Assembly (NCBI GenBank): GCA_964016885.1
Contig: OZ024740.1
Span: 107,570,001-107,634,000 of the forward strand
Reading direction: 5' to 3'
Length of the DNA: 64,000 nucleotides
DNA from: Eledone cirrhosa
Lineage: Eukaryota
Each line of letters begins with the position of its first letter. Position 1 is the first letter of the stretch. Under the pieces are notes generated by a model that saw nothing but the letters and a program-made list of their open reading frames with translations, searched no databases and was not told the origin of the DNA. A program made the translations under genes and the position numbers. Below are positions 15,001 through 30,000 of this stretch, in pieces.

Positions 15001-18000
15001 CATGTATTGAGGAAAGATGACAGTGGCTGGGTGAGAGGAGTAGAGCCAGTAATGAATGTTGTGAAGAGAAATGGAATAAGATGGTTGGGCCATGTATTGA
15101 GGAAAGATGACAGTGGCTGGGTGAGAGGAGTAGAGCCAGTAATGAATGTTGTGAAGAGAAATGGAATAAGATGGTTGGGCCATGTATTGAGGAAAGATGA
15201 CAGTGGCTGGGTGAGAGGAGTAATGAATGTTGTGAAGAGAAATGGAATAAGATGGTTGGGCCATGTATTGAGGAAAGATGACAGTGGCTGGGTGAGAGGA
15301 GTAGAGCCAGTAATGAATGTTGTGAAGAGAAATGGAATAAGATGGTTGGATCATGTATTGAGGAAAGATGACAGTGGCTGGGTGAGAGGAGTAGAGCCAG
15401 TAATGAATGTTGTGAAGAGAAATGGAATAAGATGGTTGGATCATGTATTGAGGAAAGATGACAGTGGCTGGGTGAGAGGAGTAGAGCCAGTAATGAATGT
15501 TGTGAAGAGAAATGGAATAAGATGGTTGGGCCATGTATTGAGGAAAGATGACAGTGGCTGGGTGAGAGGAGTAGAGCCAGTAATGAATGTTGTGAAGAGA
15601 AATGGAATAAGATGGTTGGATCATGTATTGAGGAAAGATGACAGTGGCTGGGTGAGAGGAGTAGAGCCAGTAATGAATGTTGTGAAGAGAAATGGAATAA
15701 GATGGTTGGGCCATGTATTGAGGAAAGATGACAGTGGCTGGGTGAGAGGAGTAGAGCCAGTAATGAATGTTGTGAAGAGAAATGGAATAAGATGGTTGGG
15801 CCATGTATTGAGGAAAGATGACAGTGGCTGGGTGAGAGGTGTAGAGCCAGTAATGAATGTTGTGAAGAGAAATGGAATAAGATGGTTGGGCCATGTATTG
15901 AGGAAAGATGACAGTGGCTGGGTGAGAGGAGTAGAGACAGTGATGAATGTTGTGAAGAGAAATGGAATAAGATGGTTGGATCATGTATTGAGGAAAGATG
16001 ACAGTGGCTGGGTGAGAGGAGTAGAGCCAGTAATGAATGTTGTGAAGAGAAATGGAATAAGATGGTTGGGCCATATATTGAGGAAAGATGACAGTGGCTG
16101 GGTGAGAGGGGTAGAGCCAGTAATGAATGTTGTGAAGAGAAATGGAATAAGATGGTTGGGCCATGTATTGAGGAAAGATGACAGTGGCTGGGTGAGAGGA
16201 GTAGAGCCAGTAATGAATGTTGTGAAGAGAAATGGAATAAGATGGTTGGGCCATATATTGAGGAAAGATGACAGTGGCTGGGTGAGAGGAGTAGAGCCAG
16301 TAATGAATGTTGTGAAGAGAAATGGAATAAGATGGTTGGATCATGTATTGAGGAAAGATGACAGTGGCTGGGTGAGAGGGGTAGAGCCAGTAATGAATGT
16401 TGTGAAGAGAAATGGAATAAGATGGTTGGGCCATGTATTGAGGAAAGATGACAGTGGCTGGGTGAGAGGAGTAGAGACAGTAATGAATGTTGTGAAGAGA
16501 AATGGAATAAGATGGTTGGATCATGTATTGAGGAAAGATGACAGTGGCTGGGTGAGAGGGGTAGAGCCAGTAATGAATGTTGTGAAGAGAAATGGAATAA
16601 GATGGTTGGGCCATGTATTGAGGAAAGATGACAGTGGCTGGGTGAGAGGAGTAGAGCCAGTAATGAATGTTGTGAAGAGAAATGGAATAAGATGGTTGGG
16701 CCATGTATTGAGGAAAGATGACAGTGGCTGGGTGAGAGGAGTAGAGCCAGTAATGAATGTTGTGAAGAGAAATGGAATAAGATGGTTGGGCCATGTATTG
16801 AGGAAAGATGACAGTGGCTGGGTGAGAGGAGTAGAGCCAGTAATGAATGTTGTGAAGAGAAATGGAATAAGATGGTTGGGCCATATATTGAGGAAAGATG
16901 ACAGTGGCTGGGTGAGAGGAGTAGAGCTAGTAATGAATGTTGTGAAGAGAAATGGAATAAGATGGTTGGGCCATGTATTGAGGAAAGATGACAGTGGCTG
17001 GGTGAGAGGAGTAATGAATGTTGTGAAGAGAAATGGAATAAGATGGTTGGGCCATGTATTGAGGAAAGATGACAGTGGCTGGGTGAGAGGAGTAGAGCTA
17101 GTAATTAATGTTGTGAAGAGAAATGGAATAAGATGGTTGGGCCATGTATTGAGGAAAGATGACAGTGGCTGGGTGAGAGGAGTAGAGCCAGTAATGAATG
17201 TTGTGAAGAGAAATGGAATAAGATGGTTGGATCATGTATTGAGGAAAGATGACAGTGGCTGGGTGAGAGGAGTAGAGCCAGTAATGAATGTTGTGAAGAG
17301 AAATGGAATAAGATGGTTGGGCCATGTATTGAGGAAAGATGACAGTGGCTGGGTGAGAGGAGTAGAGCCAGTAATGAATGCTGTGAAGAGAAATGGAATA
17401 AGATGGTTGGGCCATGTATTGAGGAAAGATGACAGTGGCTGGGTGAGAGGAGTAGAGCTAGTAATGAATGTTGTGAAGAGTAATGGAATAAGATGGTTGG
17501 GCCATGTATTGAGGAAAGATGACAGTGGCTGGGTGAGAGGAGTAATGAATGTTGTGAAGAGAAATGGAATAAGATGGTTGGGCCATGTATTGAGGAAAGA
17601 TGACAGTGGCTGGGTGAGAGGAGTAGAGCTAGTAATGAATGTTGTGAAGAGAAATGGAATAAGATGGTTGGGCCATGTATTGAGGAAAGATGACAGTGGC
17701 TGGGTGAGAGGAGTAGAGCCAGTAATGAATGTTGTGAAGAGAAATGGAATAAGATGGTTGGATCATGTATTGAGGAAAGATGACAGTGGCTGGGTGAGAG
17801 GAGTAGAGCCAGTAATGAATGTTGTGAAGAGAAATGGAATAAGATGGTTGGATCATGTATTGAGGAAAGATGACAGTGGCTGGGTGAGAGGAGTAGAGCC
17901 AGTAATGAATGTTGTGAAGAGAAATGGAATAAGATGGTTGGGCCATGTATTGAGGAAAGATGACAGTGGCTGGGTGAGAGCAGTAGAGCCAGTAATGAAT

Positions 18001-21000
18001 GTTGTGAAGAGAAATGGAATAAGATGGTTGGATCATGTATTGAGGAAAGATGACAGTGGCTGGGTGAGAGGAGTAGAGTCAGTAATGAATGTTGTGAAGA
18101 GAAATGGAATAAGATGGTTGGGCCATGTATTGAGGAAAGATGACAGTGGCTGGGTGAGAGGAGTAGAGCCAGTAATGAATGTTGTGAAGAGAAATGGAAT
18201 AAGATGGTTGGGCCATGTATTGAGGAAAGATGACAGTGGCTGGGTGAGAGGAGTAGAGCTAGTAATTAATGTTGTGAAGAGAAATGGAATAAGATGGTTG
18301 GGCCATGTATTGTGGAAAGATGACAGTGGCTGGGTGAGAGGAGTAGAGCCAGTAATGAATGTTGTGAAGAGAAATGGAATAAGATGGTTGGGCCATGTAT
18401 TGAGGAAAGATGACAGTGGCTGGGTGAGAGGAGTAGAGCTAGTAATGAATGTTGTGAAGAGAAATGGAATAAGATGGTTGGGCCATGTATTGAGGAAAGA
18501 TGACAGTGGCTGGGTGAGAGGAGTAGAGCCAGTAATGAATGTTGTGAAGAGAAATGGAATAAGATGGTTGGGCCATGTATTGAGGAAAGATGACAGTGGC
18601 TGGGTGAGAGGAGTAGAGCCAGTAATGAATGTTGTGAAGAGAAATGGAATAAGATGGTTGGGCCATGTATTGAGGAAAGATGACAGTGGCTGGGTGAGAG
18701 GAGTAGAGCTAGTAATGAATGTTGTGAAGAGAAATGGAATAAGATGGTTGGGCCATGTATTGAGGAAAGATGACAGTGGCTGGGTGAGAGGAGTAGAGCC
18801 AGTAATGAATGTTGTGAAGAGAAATGGAATAAGATGGTTGGATCATGTATTGAGGAAAGATGACAGTGGCTGGGTGAGAGGAGTAGAGCCAGTAATGAAT
18901 GTTGTGAAGAGAAATGGAATAAGATGGTTGGGCCATGTATTGAGGAAAGATGGCAGTGGCTGGGTGAGAGGAGTAGAGCCAGTAATGAATATTGTGAAGA
19001 GAAATGGAATAAGATGGTTGGGCCATGTATTGAGGAAAGATGACAGTGGCTGGGTGAGAGGAGTAGAGCTAGTAATGAATGTTGTGAAGAGAAATGGAAT
19101 AAGATGGTTGGGCCATGTATTGAGGAAAGATGACAGTGGCTGGGTGAGAGGGGTAGAGCCAGTAATGAATGTTGTTAAGAGAAATGGAATAAGATGGTTG
19201 GGCCATGTATTGAGGAAAGATGACAGTGGCTGGGTGAGAGGAGTAATGAATGTTGTGAAGAGAAATGGAATAAGATGGTTGGGCCATGTATTGAGGAAAG
19301 ATGACAGTGGCTGGGTGAGAGGAGTAGAGCTAGTAATGAATGTTGTGAAGAGAAATGGAATAAGATGGTTGGGCCATGTATTGAGGAAAGATGACAGTGG
19401 CTGGGTGAGAGGAGTAGAGCCAGTAATGAATGTTGTGAAGAGAAATGGAATAAGATGGTTGGATCATGTATTGAGGAAAGATGACAGTGGCTGGGTGAGA
19501 GGAGTAGAGCCAGTAATGAATGTTGTGAAGAGAAATGGAATAAGATGGTTGGGCCATGTATTGAGGAAAGATGACAGTGGCTGGGTGAGAGGAGTAGAGC
19601 CAGTAATGAATGTTGTGAAGAGAAATGGAATAAGATGGTTGGATCATGTATTGAGGAAAGATGACAGTGGCTGGGTGAGAGGGGTAGAGCCAGTAATGAA
19701 TGTTGTGAAGAGAAATGGAATAAGATGGTTGGGCCATATATTGAGGAAAGATGACAGTGGCTGTGTGAGAGGAGTAGAGCCAGTAATGAATGTTGTGAAG
19801 AGAAATGGAATAAGATGGTTGGGCCATGTATTGAGGAAAGATGACAGTGGCTGTGTGAGAGGAGTAGAGCCAGTAATGAATGTTGTGAAGAGAAATGGAA
19901 TAAGATGGTTGGGCCATATATTGAGGAAAGATGACAGTGGCTGGGTGAGAGGAGTAGAGCCAGTAATGAATGTTGTGAAGAGAAATGGAATAAGATGGTT
20001 GGATCATGTATTGAGGAAAGATGACAGTGGCTGGGTGAGAGGGGTAGAGCCAGTAATGAATGTTGTGAAGAGAAATGGAATAAGATGGTTGGGCCATGTA
20101 TTGAGGAAAGATGACAGTGGCTGGGTGAGAGGAGTAGAGACAGTAATGAATGTTGTGAAGAGAAATGGAATAAGATGGTTGGATCATGTATTGAGGAAAG
20201 ATGACAGTGGCTGGGTGAGAGGAGTAGAGCCAGTAATGAATGTTGTGAAGAGAAATGGAATAAGATGGTTGGGCCATGTATTGAGGAAAGATGACAGTGG
20301 CTGGGTGAGAGGAGTAGAGCTAGTAATGAATGTTGTGAAGAGAAATGGAATAAGATGGTTGGGCCATGTATTGAGGAAAGATGACAGTGGCTGGGTGAGA
20401 GGAGTAGAGCTAGTAATGAATGTTGTGAAGAGAAATGGAATAAGATGGTTGGGCCATGTATTGAGGAAAGATGACAGTGGCTGGGTGAGAGGAGTAATGA
20501 ATGTTGTGAAGAGAAATGGAATAAGATGGTTGGGCCATGTATTGAGGAAAGATGACAGTGGCTGGGTGAGAGGAGTAGAGCTAGTAATTAATGTTGTGAA
20601 GAGAAATGGAATAAGATGGTTGGGCCATGTATTGAGGAAAGATGACAGTGGCTGGGTGAGAGGAGTAGAGCCAGTAATGAATGTTGTGAAGAGAAATGGA
20701 ATAAGATGGTTGGATCATGTATTGAGGAAAGATGACAGTGGCTGGGTGAGAGGAGTAGAGTCAGTAATGAATGTTGTGAAGAGAAATGAAATAAGATGGT
20801 TGGGCCATGTATTGAGGAAAGATGACAGTGGCTGGGTGAGAGGAGTAGAGCCAGTAATGAATGTTGTGAAGAGAAATGGAATAAGATGGTTGGATCATGT
20901 ATTGAGGAAAGATGACAGTGGCTGGGTGAGAGGAGTAGAGCCAGTAATGAATGTTGTGAAGAGAAATGGAATAAGATGGTTGGGCCATGTATTGAGGAAA

Positions 21001-24000
21001 GATGGCAGTGGCTGGGTGAGAGGAGTAGAGCCAGTAATGAATGTTGTGAAGAGAAATGGAATAAGATGGTTGGGCCATGTATTGAGGAAAGATGACAGTG
21101 GCTGGGTGAGAGGAGTAGAGCTAGTAATGAATGTTGTGAAGAGTAATGGAATAAGATGGTTGGGCCATGTATTGAGGAAAGATGACAGTGGCTGGGTGAG
21201 AGGGGTAGAGCCAGTAATGAATGTTGTTAAGAGAAATGGAATAAGATGGTTGGGCCATGTATTGAGGAAAGATGACAGTGGCTGGGTGAGAGGAGTAATG
21301 AATGTTGTGAAGAGAAATGGAATAAGATGGTTGGGCCATGTATTGAGGAAAGATGACAGTGGCTGGGTGAGAGGAGTAGAGCTAGTAATGAATGTTGTGA
21401 AGAGAAATGGAATAAGATGGTTGGGCCATGTATTGAGGAAAGATGACAGTGGCTGGGTGAGAGGAGTAGAGCCAGTAATGAATGTTGTGAAGAGAAATGG
21501 AATAAGATGGTTGGATCATGTATTGAGGAAAGATGACAGTGGCTGGGTGAGAGGAGTAGAGCCAGTAATGAATGTTGTGAAGAGAAATGGAATAAGATGG
21601 TTGGATCATGTATTGAGGAAAGATGACAGTGGCTGGGTGAGAGGAGTAGAGCCAGTAATGAATGTTGTGAAGAGAAATGGAATAAGATGGTTGGGCCATG
21701 TATTGAGGAAAGATGACAGTGGCTGGGTGAGAGGAGTAGAGCCAGTAATGAATGTTGTGAAGAGAAATGGAATAAGATGGTTGGATCATGTATTGAGGAA
21801 AGATGACAGTGGCTGGGTGAGAGGAGTAGAGTCAGTAATGAATGTTGTGAAGAGAAATGGAATAAGATGGTTGGGCCATGTATTGAGGAAAGATGACAGT
21901 GGCTGGGTGAGAGGAGTAGAGCCAGTAATGAATGTTGTGAAGAGAAATGGAATAAGATGGTTGGGCCATGTATTGAGGAAAGATGACAGTGGCTGGGTGA
22001 GAGGAGTAGAGCTAGTAATTAATGTTGTGAAGAGAAATGGAATAAGATGGTTGGGCCATGTATTGTGGAAAGATGACAGTGGCTGGGTGAGAGGAGTAGA
22101 GCCAGTAATGAATGTTGTGAAGAGAAATGGAATAAGATGGTTGGATCATGTATTGAGGAAAGATGACAGTGGCTGGGTGAGAGGAGTAGAGCCAGTAATG
22201 AATGTTGTGAAGAGAAATGGAATAAGATGGTTGGATCATGTATTGAGGAAAGATGACAGTGGCTGGGTGAGAGGAGTAGAGCCAGTAATGAATGTTGTGA
22301 AGAGAAATGGAATAAGATGGTTGGGCCATGTATTGAGGAAAGATGGCAGTGGCTGGGTGAGAGGAGTAGAGCCAGTAATGAATGTTGTGAAGAGAAATGG
22401 AATAAGATGGTTGGGCCATGTATTGAGGAAAGATGACAGTGGCTGGGTGAGAGGAGTAGAGCTAGTAATGAATGTTGTGAAGAGAAATGGAATAAGATGG
22501 TTGGGCCATGTATTGAGGAAAGATGACAGTGGCTGGGTGAGAGGAGTAGAGCCAGTAATGAATGTTGTGAAGAGAAATGGAATAAGATGGTTGGGCCATG
22601 TATTGAGGAAAGATGACAGTGGCTGGGTGAGAGGAGTAGAGCCAGTAATGAATGTTGTGAAGAGAAATGGAATAAGATGGTTGGATCATGTATTGAGGAA
22701 AGATGACAGTGGCTGGGTGAGAGGAGTAGAGCTAGTAATGAATGTTGTGAAGAGAAATGGAATAAGATGGTTGGGCCATGTATTGAGGAAAGATGACAGT
22801 GGCTGGGTGAGAGGAGTAGAGCTAGTAATGAATGTTGTGAAGAGAAATGGAATAAGATGGTTGGGCCATGTATTGAGGAAAGATGACAGTGGCTGGGTGA
22901 GAGGAGTAGAGCTAGTAATGAATGTTGTGAAGAGAAATGGAATAAGATGGTTGGGCCATGTATTGAGGAAAGATGACAGTGGCTGGGTGAGAGGAGTAGA
23001 GCTAGTAATGAATGTTGTGAAGAGAAATGGAATAAGATGGTTGGGCCATGTATTGAGGAAAGATGACAGTGGCTGGGTGAGAGGAGTAGAGCTAGTAATG
23101 AATGTTGTGAAGAGAAATGGAATAAGATGGTTGGGCCATGTATTGAGGAAAGATGACAGTGGCTGGGTGAGAGGAGTAGAGCCAGTAATGAATGTTGTGA
23201 AGAGAAATGGAATAAGATGGTTGGGCCATGTATTGAGGAAAGATGACAGTGGCTGGGTGAGAGGAGTAGAGCTAGTAATGAATGTTGTGAAGAGAAATGG
23301 AATAAGATGGTTGGGCCATGTATTGAGGAAAGATGACAGTGGCTGGGTGAGAGGAGTAGAGCTAGTAATGAATGTTGTGAAGAGAAATGGAATAAGATGG
23401 TTGGGCCATGTATTGAGGAAAGATGACAGTGGCTGGGTGAGAGGAGTAGAGCTAGTAATGAATGTTGTGAAGAGAAATGGAATAAGATGGTTGGGCCATG
23501 TATTGAGGAAAGATGACAGTGGCTGGGTGAGAGGAGTAGAGCCAGTAATGAATGTTGTGAAGAGAAATGGAATAAGATGGTTGGGCCATGTATTGAGGAA
23601 AGATGACAGTGGCTGGGTGAGAGGAGTAGAGCCAGTAATGAATGTTGTGAAGAGAAATGGAATAAGATGGTTGGGCCATGTATTGAGGAAAGATGACAGT
23701 GGCTGGGTGAGAGGAGTAGAGCTAGTAATGAATGTTGTGAAGAGAAATGGAATAAGATGGTTGGGCCATGTATTGAGGAAAGATGACAGTGGCTGGGTGA
23801 GAGGGGTAGAGCCAGTAATGAATGTTGTTAAGAGAAATGGAATAAGATGGTTGGGCCATGTATTGAGGAAAGATGACAGTGGCTGGGTGAGAGGAGTAAT
23901 GAATGTTGTGAAGAGAAATGGAATAAGATGGTTGGATCATGTATTGAGGAAAGATGACAGTGGCTGGGTGAGAGGAGTAGAGTCAGTAATGAATGTTGTG

Positions 24001-27000
24001 AAGAGAAATGGAATAAGATGGTTGGGCCATGTATTGAGGAAAGATGGCAGTGGCTGGGTGAGAGGAGTAGAGCCAGTAATGAATGTTGTGAAGAGAAATG
24101 GAATAAGATGGTTGGGCCATGTATTGAGGAAAGATGGCAGTGGCTGGGTGAAAGGAGTAGAGCTAGTAATGAATGTTGTGAAGAGAAATGGAATAAGATG
24201 GTTGGGCCATGTATTGAGGAAAGATGACAGTGGCTGGGTGAGAGGAGTAGAGCCAGTAATGAATGTTGTGAAGAGAAATGGAATAAGATGGTTGGGCCAT
24301 GTATTGAGGAAAGATGACAGTGGCTGGGTGAGAGGAGTAGAGCCAGTAATGAATGTTGTGAAGAGAAATGGAATAAGATGGTTGGGCCATGTATTGAGGA
24401 AAGATGACAGTGGCTGGGTGAGAGGAGTAGAGCCAGTAATGAATGTTGTGAAGAGAAATGGAATAAGATGGTTGGGCCATGTATTGAGGAAAGATGACAG
24501 TGGCTGGGTGAGAGGAGTAGAGCTAGTAATGAATGTTGTGAAGAGAAATGGAATAAGATGGTTGGGCCATGTATTGAGGAAAGATGACAGTGGCTGGGTG
24601 AGAGGGGTAGAGCCAGTAATGAATGTTGTTAAGAGAAATGGAATAAGATGGTTGGGCCATGTATTGAGGAAAGATGACAGTGGCTGGGTGAGAGGAGTAA
24701 TGAATGTTGTGAAGAGAAATGGAATAAGATGGTTGGATCATGTATTGAGGAAAGATGACAGTGGCTGGGTGAGAGGAGTAGAGTCAGTAATGAATGTTGT
24801 GAAGAGAAATGGAATAAGATGGTTGGGCCATGTATTGAGGAAAGATGGCAGTGGCTGGGTGAGAGGAGTAGAGCCAGTAATGAATGTTGTGAAGAGAAAT
24901 GGAATAAGATGGTTGGGCCATGTATTGAGGAAAGATGGCAGTGGCTGGGTGAAAGGAGTAGAGCTAGTAATGAATGTTGTGAAGAGAAATGGAATAAGAT
25001 GGTTGGGCCATGTATTGAGGAAAGATGACAGTGGCTGGGTGAGAGGAGTAGAGCCAGTAATGAATGTTGTGAAGAGAAATGGAATAAGATGGTTGGGCCA
25101 TGTATTGAGGAAAGATGACAGTGGCTGGGTGAGAGGAGTAGAGCCAGTAATGAATGTTGTGAAGAGAAATGGAATAAGATGGTTGGGCCATGTATTGAGG
25201 AAAGATGACAGTGGCTGGGTGAGAGGAGTAGAGCCAGTAATGAATGTTGTGAAGAGAAATGGAATAAGATGGTTGGGCCATGTATTGAGGAAAGATGACA
25301 GTGGCTGGGTGAGAGGAGTAGAGCCAGTAATGAATGTTGTGAAGAGAAATGGAATAAGATGGTTGGGCCATGTATTGAGGAAAGATGACAGTGGCTGGGT
25401 GAGAGGAGTAGAGCCAGTAATGAATGTTGTGAAGAGAAATGGAATAAGATGGTTGGGCCATGTATTGAGGAAAGATGACAGTGGCTGGGTGAGAGGAGTA
25501 GAGCCAGTAATGAATGTTGTGAAGAGAAATGGAATAAGATGGTTGGGCCATGTATTGAGGAAAGATGACAGTGGCTGGGTGAGAGGAGTAGAGCTAGTAA
25601 TGAATGTTGTGAAGAGAAATGGAATAAGATGGTTGGGCCATGTATTGAGGAAAGATGACAGTGGCTGGGTGAGAGGGGTAGAGCCAGTAATGAATGTTGT
25701 TAAGAGAAATGGAATAAGATGGTTGGGCCATGTATTGAGGAAAGATGACAGTGGCTGGGTGAGAGGAGTAGAGCCAGTAATGAATGTTGTGAAGAGAAAT
25801 GGAATAAGATGGTTGGGCCATGTATTGAGGAAAGATGACAGTGGCTGGGTGAGAGGAGTAGAGCCAGTAATGAATGTTGTGAAGAGAAATGGAATAAGAT
25901 GGTTGGGCCATGTATTGAGGAAAGATGACAGTGGCTGGGTGAGAGGAGTAGAGCCAGTAATGAATGTTGTGAAGAGAAATGGAATAAGATGGTTGGGCCA
26001 TGTATTGAGGAAATATGACAGTGGCTGGGTGAGAGGAGTAGAGCCAGTAATGAATGTTGTGAAGAGAAATGGAATAAGATGGTTGGGCCATGTATTGAGG
26101 AAAGATGACAGTGGCTGGGTGAGAGGAGTAGAGCCAGTAATGAATGTTGTGAAGAGAAATGGAATAAGATGGTTGGGCCATGTATTGAGGAAAGATGACA
26201 GTGGCTGGGTGAGAGGAGTAGAGCCAGTAATGAATGTTGTGAAGAGAAATGGAATAAGATGGTTGGGCCATGTATTGAGGAAAGATGACAGTGGCTGGGT
26301 GAGAGGAGTAGAGCCAGTAATGAATGTTGTGAAGAGAAATGGAATAAGATGGTTGGGCCATGTATTGAGGAAAGATGACAGTGGCTGGGTGAGAGGAGTA
26401 GAGCTAGTAATGAATGTTGTGAAGAGAAATGGAATAAGATGGTTGGGCCATGTATTGAGGAAAGATGACAGTGGCTGGGTGAGAGGGGTAGAGCCAGTAA
26501 TGAATGTTGTTAAGAGAAATGGAATAAGATGGTTGGGCCATGTATTGAGGAAAGATGACAGTGGCTGGGTGAGAGGAGTAATGAATGTTGTGAAGAGAAA
26601 TGGAATAAGATGGTTGGATCATGTATTGAGGAAAGATGACAGTGGCTGGGTGAGAGGAGTAGAGTCAGTAATGAATGTTGTGAAGAGAAATGGAATAAGA
26701 TGGTTGGATCATGTATTGAGGAAAGATGACAGTGGCTGGGTGAGAGGAGTAGAGCCAGTAATTAATGTTGTGAAGAGAAATGGAATAAGATGGTTGGGCC
26801 ATGTATTGAGGAAAGATGACAGTGGCTGGGTGAGAGGAGTAGAGCCAGTAATGAATGTTGTGAAGAGAAATGGAATAAGATGGTTGGATCATGTATTGAG
26901 GAAAGATGACAGTGGCTGGGTGAGAGGAGTAGAGTCAGTAATGAATGTTGTGAAGAGAAATGAAATAAGATGGTTGGGCCATGTATTGAGGAAAGATGAC

Positions 27001-30000
27001 AGTGGCTGGGTGAGAGGAGTAGAGCCAGTAATGAATGTTGTGAAGAGAAATGGAATAAGATGGTTGGGCCATGTATTGAGGAAAGATGACAGTGGCTGGG
27101 TGAGAGGAGTAGAGCCAGTAATGAATGTTGTGAAGAGAAATGGAATAAGATGGTTGGGCCATGTATTGAGGAAAGATGACAGTGGCTGGGTGAGAGGAGT
27201 AGAGCCAGTAATGAATGTTGTGAAGAGAAATGGAATAAGATGGTTGGGCCATGTATTGAGGAAAGATGACAGTGGCTGGGTGAGAGGAGTAGAGCCAGTA
27301 ATGAATATTGTGAAGAGAAATGGAATAAGATGGTTGGGCCATGTATTGAGGAAAGATGACAGTGGCTGGGTGAGAGGAGTAGAGCTAGTAATGAATGTTG
27401 TGAAGAGAAATGGAATAAGATGGTTGGGCCATGTATTGAGGAAAGATGACAGTGGCTGGGTGAGAGAAGTAGAGCCAGTAATGAATGTTGTGAAGAGAAA
27501 TGGAATAAGATGGTTGGGCCATGTATTGAGGAAAAATGACAGTGGCTGGGTGAGAGGAGTAATGAATGTTGTGAAGAGAAATGGAATAAGATGGTTGGGC
27601 CATGTATTGAGGAAAGATGACAGTGGCTGGGTGAGTGGAGTAGAGCCAGTAATGAATGTTGTGAAGAGAAATGGAATAAGATGGTTGGGCCATGTATTGA
27701 GGAAAGATGACAGTGGCTGGGTGAGAGGAGTAGAGCCAGTAATGAATGTTGTGAAGAGAAATGGAATAAGATGGTTGGGCCATGTATTGAGGAAAAATGA
27801 CAGTGGCTGGGTGAGAGGAGTAATGAATGTTGTGAAGAGAAATGGAATAAGATGGTTGGGCCATGTATTGAGGAAAGATGACAGTGGCTGGGTGAGAGGA
27901 GTAGAGACAGTAATGAATGTTGTGAAGAGAAATGGAATAAGATGTTTGGGCCATATATTGAGGAAAGATGACAGTGGCTGGGTGAGAGGGGTAGAGCCAG
28001 TAATGAATGTTGTGAAGAGAAATGGAATAAGATGGTTAGGCCATATATTGAGGAAAGATGACAGTGGCTGGGTGAGTGGAGTAGAGCCAGTAATGAATGT
28101 TGTGAAGAGAAATGGAATAAGATGGTTGGATCATGTATTGAGGAAAGATGACAGTGGCTGGGTGAGAGGGGTAGAGCCAGTAATGAATGTTGTGAAGAGA
28201 AATGGAATAAGATGGTTGGGCCATGTATTGAGGAAAGATGACAGTGGCTGGGTGAGAGGAGTAGAGCCAGTAATGAATGTTGTGAAGAGAAATGGAATAA
28301 GATGGTTGGATCATGTATTGAGGAAAGATGACAGTGGCTGGGTGAGAGGAGTAGAGCCAGTAATGAATGTTGTGAAGAGAAATGGAATAAGATGGTTGGG
28401 CCATGTATTGAGGAAAGATGACAGTGGCTGGGTGAGAGGAGTAGAGCCAGTAATGAATGTTGTGAAGAGAAATGGAATAAGATGGTTGGGCCATATATTG
28501 AGGAAAGATGACAGTGGCTGGGTGAGAGGAGTAGAGCCAGTAATGAATGTTGTGAAGAGAAATGGAATAAGATGGTTGGGCCATGTATTGAGGAATGATG
28601 ACAGTGGCTGGGTGAGAGGAGTAATGAATGTTGTGAAGAGAAATGGAATAAGATGGTTGGGCCATGTATTGAGGAAAGATGACAGTGGCTGGGTGAGAGG
28701 AGTAGAGCCAGTAATGAATGTTGTGAAGAGAAATGGAATAAGATGGTTGGGCCATGTATTGAGGAAAGATGACAGTGGCTGGGTGAGAGGAGTAGAGCCA
28801 GTAATGAATGTTGTGAAGAGAAATGGAATAAGATGGTTGGGCCATGTATTGAGGAATGATGACAGTGGCTGGGTGAGAGGAGTAATGAATGTTGTGAAGA
28901 GAAATGGAATAAGATGGTTGGGCCATGTATTGAGGAAAGATGACAGTGGCTGGGTGAGAGGAGTAGAGCTAGTAATTAATGTTGTGAAGAGAAATGGAAT
29001 AAGATGGTTGGGCCATGTATTGAGGAAAGATGACAGTGGCTGGGTGAGAGGAGTAATGAATGTTGTGAAGAGAAATGGAATAAGATGGTTGGGCCATGTA
29101 TTGAGGAAAGATGGCAGTGGCTGGGTGAGAGGAGTAGAGCCAGTAATGAATGCTGTGAAGAGAAATGGAATAAGATGGTTGGGCCATGTATTGAGGAAAG
29201 ATGACAGTGGCTGGGTGAGAGGAGTAGAGCTAGTAATGAATGTTGTGAAGAGTAATGGAATAAGATGGTTGGGCCATGTATTGAGGAAAGATGACAGTGG
29301 CTGGGTGAGAGGAGTAATGAATGTTGTGAAGAGAAATGGAATAAGATGGTTGGGCCATGTATTGAGGAAAGATGACAGTGGCTGGGTGAGAGGAGTAGAG
29401 CTAGTAATGAATGTTGTGAAGAGAAATGGAATAAGATGGTTGGGCCATGTATTGAGGAAAGATGACAGTGGCTGGGTGAGAGGAGTAGAGCCAGTAATGA
29501 ATGTTGTGAAGAGAAATGGAATAAGAAGGTGGGATCATGTATTGAGGAAAGATGACAGTGGCTGGGTGAGAGGAGTAATGAATGTTGTGAAGAGAAATGG
29601 AATATGATGGTTGGGCCATGTATTGAGGAAAGATGACAGTGGCTGGGTGAGAGGAGTAGAGCCAGTAATGAATGTTGTGAAGAGAAATGGAATAAGAAGG
29701 TGGGATCATGTATTGAGGAAAGATGACAGTGGCTGGGTGAGAGGAGTAGAGCCAGTAATGAATGTTGTGAAGAGAAATGGAATAAGATGGTTGGGCCATG
29801 TATTGAGGAAAGATGACAGTGGCTGGGTGAGAGGAGTAGAGCCAGTAATGAATGTTGTGAAGAGAAATGGAATAAGATGGTTGGGCCATGTATTGAGGAA
29901 AGATGACAGTGGCTGGGTGAGAGGAGTAGAGCTAGTAATGAATGTTGTGAAGAGAAATGGAATAAGATGGTTGGGCCATGTATTGAGGAAAGATGACAGT